From Cyanophora paradoxa CCMP329 (Eukaryota > Plantae > Glaucophyta), in assembly GCA_004431415.1 (NCBI GenBank), contig QPMI01000607.1:1-64000 (forward strand): a stretch of 64,000 nucleotides of DNA. Direction: 5' to 3'. The position numbers were made by a program, and so were the translations under genes. Position 1 is the stretch's first letter. Every line of letters starts with the position of its first letter. This document shows, one piece after another, positions 1 to 13,793 of this stretch. Below the pieces are notes generated by a model. It was not told the DNA's origin. It saw only the letters and a list, made by a program, of their open reading frames with translations, and made no database searches.

Positions 1-689
1 TAGACTGCACCACCACCTTAGCGGGGCTGCATCCCCCCCCTCCTGCGGCCTCCCCGGGCTGCGGCCCCCTGCGCCCCGCCTTCTCTCTCTGTTCAGCGCT
101 CTGTCGGTTAGAGCGCGTAGCTCGCCAGCGTCCTGAGATCTTGATAATGAGATCGGCGATTCTCGAGAAACCTGCCCCCTGCGCCGTCTGGGCCAGCGAG
201 CGCTCTGTTAAGCATGCAGAATGCTGTAAAATGCATATACATGATGTATATCTCGCTTCCCGGGCGCTGTATGCAACCGGCGCGGCGCGAGAATCGTCCT
301 GGGGGCATGTGGGGCCCAAGTTGCAGTGGATTTTGAATTCGGATCCAGGCTTAAATCGGCGGCCTTCGGTACCACCACCATCGTCTTCAGCACCCTCGAA
401 AACCCCCGGGGACGTGAAATCACCGCTGCTGAGTGAGTAGATGCTTCAATAAGGCATCATGAGCAGGTCGGTGTGGCATTTTGGAACTTGAAAACTAGAA
501 AGTACCAGAGAGGGTCCTACGAGTAAAGCTCGAAACACCGGTGGGGCCCAAAAACACTTCGGATCACCCTGTATCTTGGAGCAGTGATATAACTACATGT
601 GATAATGATTGTGGCTCAAAGAGCGGGCCGCTGGGGCCAGCCCGTCGCCCAGAAACTCACTAGCTCTCACTAGCTCACTGACTGTGATC

Positions 690-1010
690 AAGCGATCTCC
701 GCTAAGGATGCACCCCTCCGGGCCGCGATGCATACGCACATGCTCTATCAAGGTGTGCATCAATCTGCGCTAGCAGCGGCCCAGCGCACCCTTGCTGTGT
801 GGAGCGAAATCAAATCGCGCAGGTGCCCCCACCCCAAGCCTTCTGGAGAAGCAGGCGATCTCCGCTGCGGATGCATGCGCCGGGGCCGCGCTCCAGCTGC
901 GCATGCTCTTTTAAATTGTGCATCGATCTGCGTTAGCGTCGGCCCGGCGGCCCTCGCAGTAAGCAGCGAAATCGAATCTCCCAGGTGCCACCCCCCCACT
1001 GGAGCAGGTG
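690..1010. repeat. Degenerate two-copy tandem duplication, ~163-bp period
   Basis: GCGATCTCCGCT..GGATGCA at ~692 and ~855; GTGCATC.ATCTGCG.TAGC...AGCGAAATC.AATC...CAGGTGCC at ~755 and ~918. Confidence 0.7.
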
Positions 1011-1789
1011 CCGCTGGCGGCGGGGGTGCGTGCCGCCGCCCGTACGCGGGCTCTGCGCGTGCTCTAGATGTCCCTAATGGCGCTAGACATCTCAGCCCGC
1101 ACCGCCCCGCCGTCGCAGCCATGCCATCTGGAACCGCATGACATGCTTGATTGCACACGAGCGCGCATCTGCCTGAGGCGCGGCAGGACACGCAGGCGGG
1201 GCGTTCGCGGCCTAAGCGATGCGGGCGAGCGGTGAGCGGCTCTCGCGACGGCTAAAGATGCCTCGGCGGCGCAGGGCCTGCGAGCGGCGGGTCGGTCAGG
1301 GCGCGGAGTGTGCGAGCTCGAGGGGGGCCGCGCAGGGCTTCACCACGCACTCATTAGTGATGCCTGCACTAGCTATGATCGGCACGATCGATGCGAGGCT
1401 CGCGGCGGGCGGCCGGCCGGCCCCGCGGGCGGCCGAAGGTGCTCGTCGCCTGCCGACGGTCCGAAGCTCACACGGCTCGCCCGGGGACGCGGCAAGGTGC
1501 GATCCCGACCTTATCTAACACGCTGAGAACGTTGGTCGCGCTTGCGAGCGACCTGGCTGCGCGAAAGTCACAAGACGGGGCACGCGAGATGGGTCGCGCG
1601 CCGCGAGCTAGCGAAAAGCCGTCACAGGTGCTGCCACTATGCTACCGGGGGCTAGGAGCGCGTCGGCGGGCCGCGCAGAGCGCTGCTGTCGGCGAGAGGC
1701 GGACCTCAGGCGGTGCTTGTGTATCACAAGCCGGCTAGTTGCAACGTTTTGAGCAGAGAATTTTTTCCGGCCCGGCGGCGAGCAGTGAC

Positions 1790-4700
1790 GGATCGATTCC
1801 GGTATTTATACGTATACCACGGTTCGATCGCAAAACCCCAAAAAGTGGGACCCGGTCCCGCCCGGTCCCGCGACGAAAGCGCGCCAGGGACACCCCAGTG
1901 CAATGCAGAACGACAGAGCAGGGCGCGCGCATCGCTGCAAGCTCGATTTCGGCCGCCGTCGACGCTCCAGTGCGAAGAGTCGGCCGAAAATCTGATCCTG
2001 CCAGTTCCGTCCGGTCCCGCGGCGCGCGCATTCGATGCGTACTGGCGCGCATAGACATAGCAGGGCCTGCGCATCCCAGATATCCGCTTTTCGGAGCCGG
2101 GCCAGCTCAGGAAGGTACCCGATGGCGAAAATTCGATCCTGCACACCCCCGGACATCTTTCCGCGCGCCGACGCCGCGGCGCATGCGCGGATCAATAGCA
2201 TATGCATTTGAGATGTAGAAGAGGCCTTCCGCGCGCTCTGCAGATGCGCCGGACCGCGAGGACCCAGCCGACCCCGAAAATTCGATCCTGGACGGACCTG
2301 CGCATCTTTCCACACGCCCTCGCGTCCTCACCCATGCCCGTCGCTACAGTATGTATTTAACATCTTTTCAAAGCCTTTCACAAGCTCTGCGGACGCGACA
2401 GAGCATGATATCCCAGCCAACGCCAAATTTTCGATCCTGGACAGGCCTGCATGTATTTGCGCGCCCTCGCCTCCGTAGCCCTGCATGCGCACATCGATCC
2501 TCTACGCATTCGAGATTCTGTTTAAGCAATTCACAAGCTCTACGCATGCGCCTGGCCGCGAGATTCTCAATCCTCCCCTCAACACTCTCCTGTCAATTTC
2601 CTCAGCGCCTCCAGGTCAACTACAGCTAGCTGGTTGGCAGCACCTTCCCTCCCCTCGTTATATTCTCTCAGCCCCAGCAATATTAATTCCCCTGATTACA
2701 TAATTATATTCTCTGAGCACAACTCCTCTCAGGACAACTCCTCCCCTAATTATATATATATATTCGCTCTCAGGATCCCTCCCCTCCCCTTTAATTTCAT
2801 CGCCCCGCCAGGCCCCACCCTACCCCACCCGGCCCAGCTACGACGGCCCGCGATAAATAAGGGGACCGGGACGGGGACCGCGGCGACTCATGAAATAAAT
2901 ACGGGCGGGGCCGCGACGGGCCGCGATGAATAAGGGGGACGCGAAGGGGGCGGCAGAGGCTTCGCCCGATGTTTGGGACCCGCAGGGGCCCAGGGCTTGT
3001 CGGGCGAAGCCTCTTCGGGCGAAGCCTCTTCCGTAGATCGATGGTGAACGTGCCCATTTATTTTTTTCCAGTCGAGTCCGATTGGTCCGAGCGTCGAGGT
3101 TGACAACCTCCACAATGAAGGCGAACGGTCTCCGACGTCACTTGGCTCGACACGGACGTTACACTTATTTTGGACTCGTGGCTCCCCTCAAATTCGATCT
3201 GCACTCCTGGGTCCTCGCACGAAAAATCGAATTTCCCTCTCGATCAATTCCAATACTTATACCTGGCGCGATCGCGAAATCCCAAAAAGTGGGACCCGGT
3301 CCCGCGCCAGCGACGCCCAAAACGGTACAGAATGAGAGCCGAGGCGTGCGCATCGCCACAAGCTCGATTTCGCCGCCGCCAACGCTCCAATCGAAAGAGT
3401 CGGCCGAACTTTTGATCCTGCCGGTTCCGGCCGTACCCGCAACGCGCGCAATCGATGCGTACTGGCGCGCATAGACATAGCACGGCCTGCGCACTCCAGA
3501 TACCCGCTTTTCGGAGCCGGAACAGCGCAGGAAGGTGCCCGACGGCAGAAATTCGATCCTCCACGGCCCCGGGCAACTTTCCGCACGCCCAGGCCGCGGC
3601 GCATGCGCGGATCAATAGTATACGCATTTGAGATGTAGAAGAAGCCTTTCGCACGGTCTCTAAATGCGCCGGGCCGCGAGGACCCAGCCGACCCCGAAAA
3701 TTCGATCCTGGACGGACCTGCGCATCTTTCCGCGCGCCCTCCGCAGCCCTGGACATCGATCATGTATGCATTGAAGATTCTGTTTAAGCGATTTATAAGC
3801 TCTGTGCATGCGCCTGGCCGCGACAACCTCGCCCGTCCCCTCGACAATCTCCTCTCAATTTCCTCAGGGCCTCGAGCTCAACTACAGCTAGCTGATTGGC
3901 AGCACCACCCTCCCCTCATTATATTCAAATGATTCTCTCTCAGCTGCAGCAATTCCCCTGATTACAAAATTATATTCTCTCAGGACAACTCCTCTCAGGA
4001 CAACTCCTCCCATATTATATTCCCTCTCACCAGCCCTCCCCTCCCCTCTCCCTCTACTGACAGCCGCGACGGGCCGCGATAAATAATTAAAGGGGGACGC
4101 GTACTGCTCCCCTATTTATATTTCCTCTCACCAGCCCTCCCCTCCCCTCTCCCTGCCCCACGGACCCACCGACAGCCGCGACGGGCCGCGATGATAAAGG
4201 GGGGCGCGAGGAGGGCGGCTGAGGCTTCGCCCGACCTTTGGGACCCGCAGGGGCCCAGGGCTTGTCCGTAGGTCGATGGTGAACGCCCGATTCTATTTTT
4301 TTTCCACTCGAATGCGATTGGTCCGAGCGTCCTGATTCGCGACCTCCGCAATGAAGGCGAACGATCTCCGACGTCACACAGAGTTACACGGCTCCATTGA
4401 TCTATTTTCGCACTCATAGCTCCCCTAGAATTTACCCAAGATGATCGCTCTCCCGTGGCCCAGTGGGCATCGGACGAAAATCGAATTTCCCTCCAGGATC
4501 GCTCTCCCGTGGGCATCGGACGAAAATCGAATTTCCCTCCAGGATCGATTCCGGTATTTATACCACGGTTCGATCGCGAAATCCCAAAAAGTGGGACCCG
4601 GTCCCGCGCCAGCGACGCCCCAAAACGGTACAGAATGAGAGCCGAGGGCGTGCGCATCGCCACAAGCTCGATTTCGGCCGCCGCCAACGCTCCAGTCGAA

Positions 4701-7700
4701 AGAGTCGGCCGAACTTTTGATCCTGCCGGTTCCGGCCGGTACCGCGACGCGCGCAATCGATGCGTACTGGCGCGCATAGACATAGCACGGCCTGCGCACT
4801 CCAGATACCCGCTTTTCGGAGCCGGAACAGCGCAGGAAGGTGCCCGACGGCAGAAATTCGATCCTCCACGGCCCCGGGCAACTTTCCGCACGCCCAGGCC
4901 GCGGCGCATGCGCGGATCAATAGTATACGCATTTGAGATGTAGAAGAAGCCTTTCGCACGGTCTCTAAATGCGCCGGGCCGCGAGGACCCAGCCGACCCC
5001 GAAAATTCGATCCTGGACGGACCTGCGCATCTTTCCGCGCGCCCTCCGCAGCCCTGGACATCGATCATGTATGCATTGAAGATTCTGTTTAAGCGATTTA
5101 TAAGCTCTGTGCATGCGCCTGGCCGCGACAACCTCGCCCGTCCCCTCGACAATCTCCTCTCAATTTCCTCAGGGCCTCGAGCTCAACTAACAGCTAGCTG
5201 ATTGGCAGCACCACCCTCCCCTCATTATATTCAAATGATTCTCTCTCAGCTGCAGCAATTCCCCTGATTACAAAATTATATTCTCTCAGGACAACTCCTC
5301 TCAGGACAACTCCTCCCATATTATATTCCCTCTCACCAGCCTCCCCTCCCTCTCCCTCTACTGACAGCCGCGACGGGCCGCGATAAATAATTAAAGGGGA
5401 CGCGTACTGCTCCCCTATTTATATTTCCTCTCACCAGCCCTCCCCTCCCCTCTCCTGCCCCACGGACCCACCGACAGCCGCGACGGGCCGCGATGATAAA
5501 GGGGGGCGCGAGGAGGGCGGCTGAGGCTTCGCCCGACCTTTGGGACCCGCAGGGGCCCAGGGCTTGTCCGTAGGTCGATGGTGAACGCCCGATTCTATTT
5601 TTTTTCACTCGAATGCGATTGGTCCGAGCGTCCTGATTCGCGACCTCCGCAATGAAGGCGAACGATCTCCGACGTCACACAGAGTTACACGGCTCCATTG
5701 ATCTATTTTCGCACTCATAGCTCCCCTAGAATTTACCCAAGATGATCGCTCTCCCGTGGCCCAGTGGGCATCGGACGAAAATCGAATTTCCCTCCAGGAT
5801 CGCTCTCCCGTGGGCATCGGACGAAAATCGAATTTCCCTCCAGGATCGATTCCGGTATTTATACCACGGTTCGATCGCGAAACCGCAAAAAGTGGGACCT
5901 GGTCCCGCCCGGTCCCGCGACGAAAGCGCGCCAGGGACGCCCCAGACCGCTTCAGAATGAGAGTCAAGGGCGCGCGCACCGCTGCAAGCTCGATTTCGGC
6001 CGCCGCCGACGCTCCAGTCCGAAGAGTCGGCCCAAACTTTGAGCCAGCCGGTTCCGCCGGTCCCCGACACGCACATTCGATGCGTACTGGCGCGCATAGA
6101 CATAGCAGGGCCTGCGCACTCCAGATATCCGCTTTTCGGAGCCGGAACAGCGCAGGAAGGTGCCCGATGGCAGAAATTCGATCCTGCACAGCCCCGGGCA
6201 ACTTTCCGCGCGCCCACGCCGAGGCGCGCGCGCGCATCAATAGTACAAGCATTTGAGATGTAGAAGAAGCATTCCGCGCGCTTTGCAGATGCGCCGGGCC
6301 GCGAGGACCCAGCCGACCCCGAAAATTCGATCCTGGACGGACCTGTGCATCTTTCCGCGCGCCATCGCATCCCCACGCACGCCCATCGCTACAGTAATCA
6401 TTTGAGCTCTTTTCAAAGCCTTTTCCAAGCTCTGTGCCGGCGAGAGAGCACCAGAACCCAGCCGACGCCAAATTTCGATCCTGCACAGGCCTACACATAT
6501 TTCTGCCCGCCCTCGCCTCTGCAGCTCTGCACCTGGAAATCGATGGTGTATGCATCCGAGATTCTGCTCAAGCGATTCATAAGCTCTGCGCATGCGCCTG
6601 GCCGCGAGATTCTCAGTCCTCCCCTCGACACTCTCCTGTCAATTTCCTCCGCGCCTTCGAGGCTCCAGGTCAACAACATCTAGCTGATTGGCAGCACCAC
6701 CCCTCCCCTCATTATATTCTCTCAGCCCCAGCAACATTAATTCCCCTAATTACATAATCATATTCTCTGAGCACATCTCCTCTCAGAACAACTCCTCCCC
6801 TAATTATATTCCCTCTCAGGATCCCTCCCCTCCGCGGCCGCCAGGCCCCACCATACCCCACGTGCACCCAGCCACCGAGAGCCACGACGGCCCGCGATAA
6901 ATAAGGGGACCGGGACGGGGACTTGGGGCAAAGGGAGGGGCGGGCCGCGACGGGCCGCGATGAACAAGGGGGACGCCAAGGGGGCGACGGAGGCTTCGCC
7001 CGATGTTTGGGACCCGCAGGGGCCCAGGGCTTGTCGGGCGAAGCCTCTTCCGTAGGTCGATGGTGAACGCCCGATTCTATTTTTTTTCCAATCGAGTCCG
7101 ATTCGTCCGAGCGTCCAGATTCGCAACCTCCGCAATGAAGGCGAACGGTCTCCGACGTCACACAGAGTTACACGGCTCCATTGATCTATTTTCGCACTCA
7201 TAGCTCCCCTAGAATTTACCCAAGACGATCGCTCTCCCGTGGGCATCGCGCGAAAATCGAATTTCCCTCACGGATCGATTCCGGTATTTATACCACGGTT
7301 CGATCGCGAAACCCCAAAAAGTGGGACCCGGTCCGCCCGGTCCCGCGACGAAAGCGCGCCAGGGACGCCCCAGTGCAATGCAGAACGACAGAGCAGGGCG
7401 CGCGCATCGCTGCAAGCTCGATTTCGGCCGCCGTCGACGCTCCAGTGCGAAGAGTCGGCCGAAAATCTGATCCTGCCAGTTCCGTCCGGTCCCGCGGCGC
7501 GCGCATTCGATGCGTTCTGGCGCGCATAGACATAGCAGGGCCTGCGCATCCCAGATATCCGCTTTTCGGAGCCGGGCCAGCTCAGGAAGGTACCCGATGG
7601 CGAAAATTCGATCCTGCACACCCCCGGACATCTTTCCGCGCGCCGACACCGCGGCGCATGCGCGGATCAATAGCATATGCATTTGAGATGTAGAAGAGGC

Positions 7701-10700
7701 CTTCCGCGCGCTCTGCAGATGCGCCGGACCGCGAGGACCCAGCCGACCCCGAAAATTCGATCCTGGACGGACCTGCGCATCTTTCCACGCGCCCTCGCGT
7801 CCTCACCCATGCCCGTCGCTACAGTATGTATTTAACATCTTTTCAAAGCCTTTCACAAGCTCTGCGGACGCGACAGAGCATGATATCCCAGCCAACGCCA
7901 AATTTTCGATCCTGGACAGGCCTGCATGTATTTGCGCGCCCTCGCCTCCGTAGCCCTGCATGCGCACATCGATCCTCTACGCATTCGAGATTCTGTTTAA
8001 GCAATTCACAAGCTCTACGCATGCGCCTGGCCGCGAGATTCTCAATCCTCCCCTCAACACTCTCCTGTCAATTTCCTCAGCGCCTCCAGGTCAACTACAG
8101 CTAGCTGGTTGGCAGCACCTTCCCTCCCTCGTTATATTCTCTCAGCCCCAGCAATATTAATTCCCCTGATTACATAATTATATTCTCTGAGCACAACTCC
8201 TCTCAGGACAACTCCTCCCCTAATTATATATATATATTCGCTCTCAGGATCCCTCCCCTCCCCTTAAATTTCATCGCCCCGCCAGGCCCCACCCTACCCC
8301 ACCCGGCCCAGCTACGACGGCCCGCGATAAATAAGGGGACCGGGACGGGGACCGTGGCGACTCATGAAATAAATACGGGCGGGGCCGCGACGGGCCGCGA
8401 TGAATAAGGGGGACGCGAAGGGGGCGGCAGAGGCTTCGCCCGATGGTTGGGACCCGCAGGGGCCCAGGGCTTGTCGGGCGAAGCCTCTTCCGTAGGTCAA
8501 TGGTGAACGCCCGATTCTATTTTTTTTCCACTGCTCCGCGATTCGTCCGAGCGTCCAGATTCGCGACCTCCGCAATGAAGGCGAACGATCTCCGACGTCA
8601 CACAGAGTTACACGCCTCCATTGATCTATTTTCGCACCCATAGCTCCCCTTGAATTTACCCAAGACGATTTGATCGCTCTCCCGTGAGCGTCGCGCGAAA
8701 ATCGAATTTCCCTCACGGATCAATTCCGGTATTTATACCCCGGTTCGATCGCGAAACTCCAAAAAGTGGGACCCGGTCCCGCCCGGTGCTGCGACGAAAG
8801 CGCGCCAGGGATGTGCCAGAGCGGTCACAATGACAGCCAAGGGCGCGCACACCGCTGCGAGCTCGATTTCGGCCGCCACCAACGCTCCAGTCCGAAGAGT
8901 CGGCCGAAATTTTGATCCTGCCAGTTCCGTCCGGTCCCCCGACGCGCGCATTCGACGCGTACCGGCGCGCATAGACATAGCAGGGCCTGCGCACTCCAGA
9001 TATCTGCTTTTCGGAGCCGGAACAGCGCAGGAAGGTGCCCGATGGCAAAAATTCGATCCTGCACAGGCCCGGACATCTTTCCGCGCGCCCACGCCGCGGC
9101 GCATGCGCGGATCAATAGCATAAGCATTTGAGATGTATACGAAGCCTTTTGCACGGTCTCCAAATGCGCCGGGCCGCGAGGACCCAGCCGCACGGGGAGG
9201 AGGAGGCCGCGACGGGCCGCGATGAACAAGGGGGACGCGAAGGGGGCGGCAAGGGCTTTGCCCGATGTTTGGGACCCGCAGGGGCCCAGGGCTTGTCGGA
9301 AATCCAGATCGGGCGAAGCCTCTTCCGTAGGTCAATGGTGAACGCCCGATTCTATTTTTTTCCACTGCTCCGCGATTCATCCGAGCGTCCAGGTTCGCAA
9401 CCTCCGCAATGAAGGCGAACGATCTCCGACGTCACACAGAGTTACACGCCTCCATTGATCTATTTCGCACCCATAGCTCCCTAGAATTTACCCAAGACGA
9501 TTTGATCGCTCTCCCGTGAGCGTCGCGCGAAAATCGAATTTCCCTCACGGATCAATTCCGGTATTTATACCCGGTTCGATCGCGAAACTCCAAAAAGTGG
9601 GACCCGGTCCCGCGACGAAAGCGCGCCAGGGATGTGCCAGAGCGGTCACAATGACAGCCAAGGGCGCGCGCACCGCTGCGAGCTCGATTTCGGCCGCCAC
9701 CAACGCTCCAGTCCGAAGAGTCGGCCGAAATTTTGATCCTGCCAGTTCCGTCCGGTCCCCCGACGCGCGCATTCGACGCGTACCGGCGCGCATAGACATA
9801 GCAGGGACTGCGCACTCCAGATATCTGCTTTTCGGAGCCAGAACAGCGCAGGAAGGTGCCCGATGGCAAAACTTCGATCCTGCACAGGCCCGGACATCTT
9901 TCCGCGCGCCCACGCCGCGGCGCATGCGCGGATCAATAGCATAAGCATTTGAGATGTATACGAAGCCTTTTGCACGGTCTCCAAATGCGCCGGGCCGCGA
10001 GGACCCAGCCGCACGGGGAGGAGGAGGCCGCGACGGGCCGCGATGAACAAGGGGGACGCCAAGGGGGCGGCAAGGGCTTCGCCCGATGTTTGGGACCCGC
10101 AGGGGCCCAGGGCTTGTCGGGCGAAGCCTCTTCCGTAGGTCGATGGTGAACGCCCGATTCTATTTTTTTTCCAATCGAGTCCGATTCGTCCGAGCGTCCA
10201 GATTCGCCACCTCCGCAATGAAGGCGAACGGTCTCCGACGTCACACAGAGTTACACGGCTCCATTGATCTATTTTCGCACTCATAGCTCCCCTAGAATTT
10301 ACCCAAGACGATCGCTCTCCCGTGGGCATCGCGCGAAAATCGAATTTCCCTCACGGATCGATTCCGGTATTTATACCACGGTTCGATCGCGAAACCCCAA
10401 AAAGTGGGACCCGGTCCCGCCCGGTCCCGCGACGAAAGCGCGCCAGGGACGCCCCAGTGCAATGCAGAACGACAGAGCAGGGCGCGCGCATCGCTGCAAG
10501 CTCGATTTCGGCCGCCGTCGACGCTCCAGTGCGAAGAGTCGGCCGAAAATCTGATCCTGCCAGTTCCGTCCGGTCCCGCGGCGCGCGCATTCGATGCGTA
10601 CTGGCGCGCATAGACATAGCAGGGCCTGCGCATCCCAGATATCCGCTTTTCGGAGCCGGGCCAGCTCAGGAAGGTACCCGATGGCGAAAATTCGATCCTG

Positions 10701-13700
10701 CACACCCCCGGACATCTTTCCGCGCGCCGACGCCGCGGCGCATGCGCGGATCAATAGCATATGCATTTGAGATGTAGAAGAGGCCTTCCGCGCGCTCTGC
10801 AGATGCGCCGGACCGCGAGGACCCAGCCGACCCCGAAAATTCGATCCTGGACGGACCTGCGCATCTTTCCACACGCCCTCGCGTCCTCACCCATGCTCGT
10901 CGCTACAGTATGTATTTAACATCTTTTCAAAGCCTTTCACAAGCTCTGCGGACGCGACAGAGCATGATATCCCAGCCAACGCCAAATTTTCGATCCTGGA
11001 CAGGCCTGCATGTATTTGCGCGCCCTCGCCTCCGTAGCCCTGCATGCGCACATCGATCCTCTACGCATTCGAGATTCTGTTTAAGCAATTCACAAGCTCT
11101 ACGCATGCGCCTGGCCGCGAGATTCTCAATCCTCCCCTCAACACTCTCCTGTCAATTTCCTCAGCGCCTCCAGGTCAACTACAGCTAGCTGGTTGGCAGC
11201 ACCTTCCCTCCCCTCGTTATATTCTCTCAGCCCCAGCAATATTAATTCCCCTGATTACATAATTATATTCTCTGAGCACAACTCCTCTCAGGACAACTCC
11301 TCCCCTAATTATATATATTCGCTCTCAGGATCCCTCCCCTCCCCTTTCATTTCATCGCCCCGCCAGGCGCCACCCTACCCCACTCGGCCCAGCTACGACG
11401 GCCCGCGATAAATAAGGGGACCGGGACGGGGACCGCGGCGACTCATGAAATAAATACGGGCGGGGCCGCGACGGGCCGCGATGAATAAGGGGGACGCGAA
11501 GGGGGCGGCAGAGGCTTCGCCCGATGGTTGGGACCCGCAGGGGCCCAGGGCTTGTCGGGCGAAGCCTCTTCCGTAGGTCGATGGTGAACGGGCGAAATTA
11601 TTTTTTTTCCACTCGAATCCGATTGGTCCGAGCGTCGAGCTTGACAACCTCCACGATGAAGGCGAACGGTCTCCGACGTTACATAGCTGAACACGGACAT
11701 TACACTTATTTTTGGACTCGTGGCTCCCCTCAAATTCCGTCCGGACTCCTGGGTCCCCGCGCGAAAATCGAATTTCGCTCCTGGATCGATTCCGGTATTT
11801 ATACCCCCGGTTCGATCGCGAAGCGCCAAAAAGTGGGACCCGGTCCCGCCCGGTCCCGCGACGAAAGCGCGCCAGGGATGTCCCAGAACGGTCACAATGA
11901 CAGCCAAGAGCGCGCGCATTGTGGCAAGCTCGATTTCGGCCGCCGCCGACGCTCCACTCCAGAGAGTCGGCCGAAATTTTGATCCTGCCGGTTCCGCCCG
12001 GTCCCCCGACGCGCGCAATCGATGCGTACTGGCGCGCATAGACATAGCAGGGCCTGCGCACTCCAGATATCCGCTTTTCGCAGCCGGAACAGCGCAGGAA
12101 TGTGCCCGATGGCAAAAATTCGATCCTGCACGGCCCCGGACATCTTTCCGCGCGCCGACGTCGCGGCGCATGCGCGGATCAATAGTATAAGCATTGGAGA
12201 TGTAGAAAATGCATTCTCCATGCTTAACTGATGCGCCGGGCCGCCAGGATCCAGCCGACCCCAAAATTTGATCCTGGACGGACCTGCGCATCTTTCCGCA
12301 CGCCCTCGCGTCCTCACCCATGCCCATCGCTACAGTATTTATTAAACATCTTTTCAAAGCGTTTCGCAAGCTCTGCGGACGCGACGGAGCACGAGAACCC
12401 AGCCGACGCCAAATTCCCCATCCTGGACAGGCCTGCATGTATTTTCGCGCGCCCTCGCCTCCGTATCCCTGGACATCGATCATGTATGTATCCGAGAGTC
12501 TGTTTAAACGATTCACAAGCTCTACGCATGCGCCTGGCCGCGAGATTCTCAATCCTCCCGTCAACGCTCTCCTGTCAATTTCCTCAGCGCCTGCATGTAT
12601 TTTCGCGCGCCCTCGCCTCCGTAGCCCTGCACATCGACAGAGAGCGCATTCCAGATTCTGTTTAAGCAATTCACAAGCTCTACGCATGCGCCTCGCCGCG
12701 AGATTCTCAATCCTCCCATCCGCGAGATTCTGTTTAAGAGATGCATGAACTCTGTGCATGCGCCTGCAGCTGGCCGCGAGAACCTCGCCCCTCCCCTCAA
12801 CACTCTCCTGTCAATTTCCTCAGCGCCTCCAGGTCAACTACAGCTAGCTGATTGGCAGCACCATCCCTCCCCTCATTATATTCTCTCAGCCCCAGCAATA
12901 TTAATTCCCCTGATTACATAATTATATTCTCTGAGCACAACTCCTCTCAGGACAACTCCTCCCCTAATTATATATATTCGCTCTCAGGATCCCTCCCCTC
13001 CCCTTTCATTTCATCGCCCCGCCAGGCGCCACCCTACCCCACTCGGCCCAGCTACGACGGCCCGCGATAAATAAGGGGACCGGGACGGGGACCGCGGCGA
13101 CTCATGAAATAAATACGGGCGGGGCCGCGACGGGCCGCGATGAATAAGGGGGACGCGAAGGGGGCGGCAGAGGCTTCGCCCGATGGTTGGGACCCGCAGG
13201 GGCCCAGGGCTTGTCGGGCGAAGCCTCTTCCGTAGGTCGATGGTGAACGGGCGAAATTATTTTTTTTCCACTCGAATCCGATTGGTCCGAGCGTCGAGCT
13301 TGACAACCTCCACGATGAAGGCGAACGGTCTCCGACGTTACATAGCTGAACACGGACATTACACTTATTTTTGGACTCGTGGCTCCCCTCAAATTCCGTC
13401 CGGACTCCTGGGTCCCCGCGCGAAAATCGAATTTCGCTCCTGGATCGATTCCGGTATTTATACCCCCGGTTCGATCGCGAAGCGCCAAAAAGTGGGACCC
13501 GGTCCCGCCCGGTCCCGCGACGAAAGCGCGCCAGGGATGTCCCAGAACGGTCACAATGACAGCCAAGAGCGCGCGCATTGTGGCAAGCTCGATTTCGGCC
13601 GCCGCCGACGCTCCACTCCAGAGAGTCGGCCGAAATTTTGATCCTGCCGGTTCCGCCCGGTCCCCCGACGCGCGCAATCGATGCGTACTGGCGCGCATAG

Positions 13701-13793
13701 ACATAGCAGGGCCTGCGCACTCCAGATATCCGCTTTTCGCAGCCGGAACAGCGCAGGAATGTGCCCGATGGCAAAAATTCGATCCTGCACGGC
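1790..13793. repeat. Complex GC-rich macrosatellite array, left part (units ~0.8-1.7 kb, several subtypes)
   Basis: Marker GGGACCCGCAGGGGCCCAGGGC recurs at ~2975, 4240, 5542, 7010, 8449, 9270, 10091, 11530 and 13189. Near-identical blocks include ~1790-2930 = ~7272-8400 = ~10355-11470. ORFs shift frame between copies, so the array is non-coding. Confidence 0.95.
13779..13793 (+). repeat. Target-site duplication, left copy
   Basis: TCGATCCTGCACGGC, identical to 22315-22329. Confidence 0.95.

Noticed and set aside
2956-3040. Helitron 3' end or tRNA/5S/SRP gene in the satellite unit
   Set aside because: The hairpin is followed by CGTAG rather than CTRR, and no cloverleaf, A/B boxes or rRNA similarity is recognisable.
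1700-13790. Dozens of 60-440 aa ORFs in the satellite (also 22.3-34.1 kb)
   Set aside because: They are by-products of GC-rich repeats: frames break differently between copies, they occur on both strands and they contain no domain motifs.
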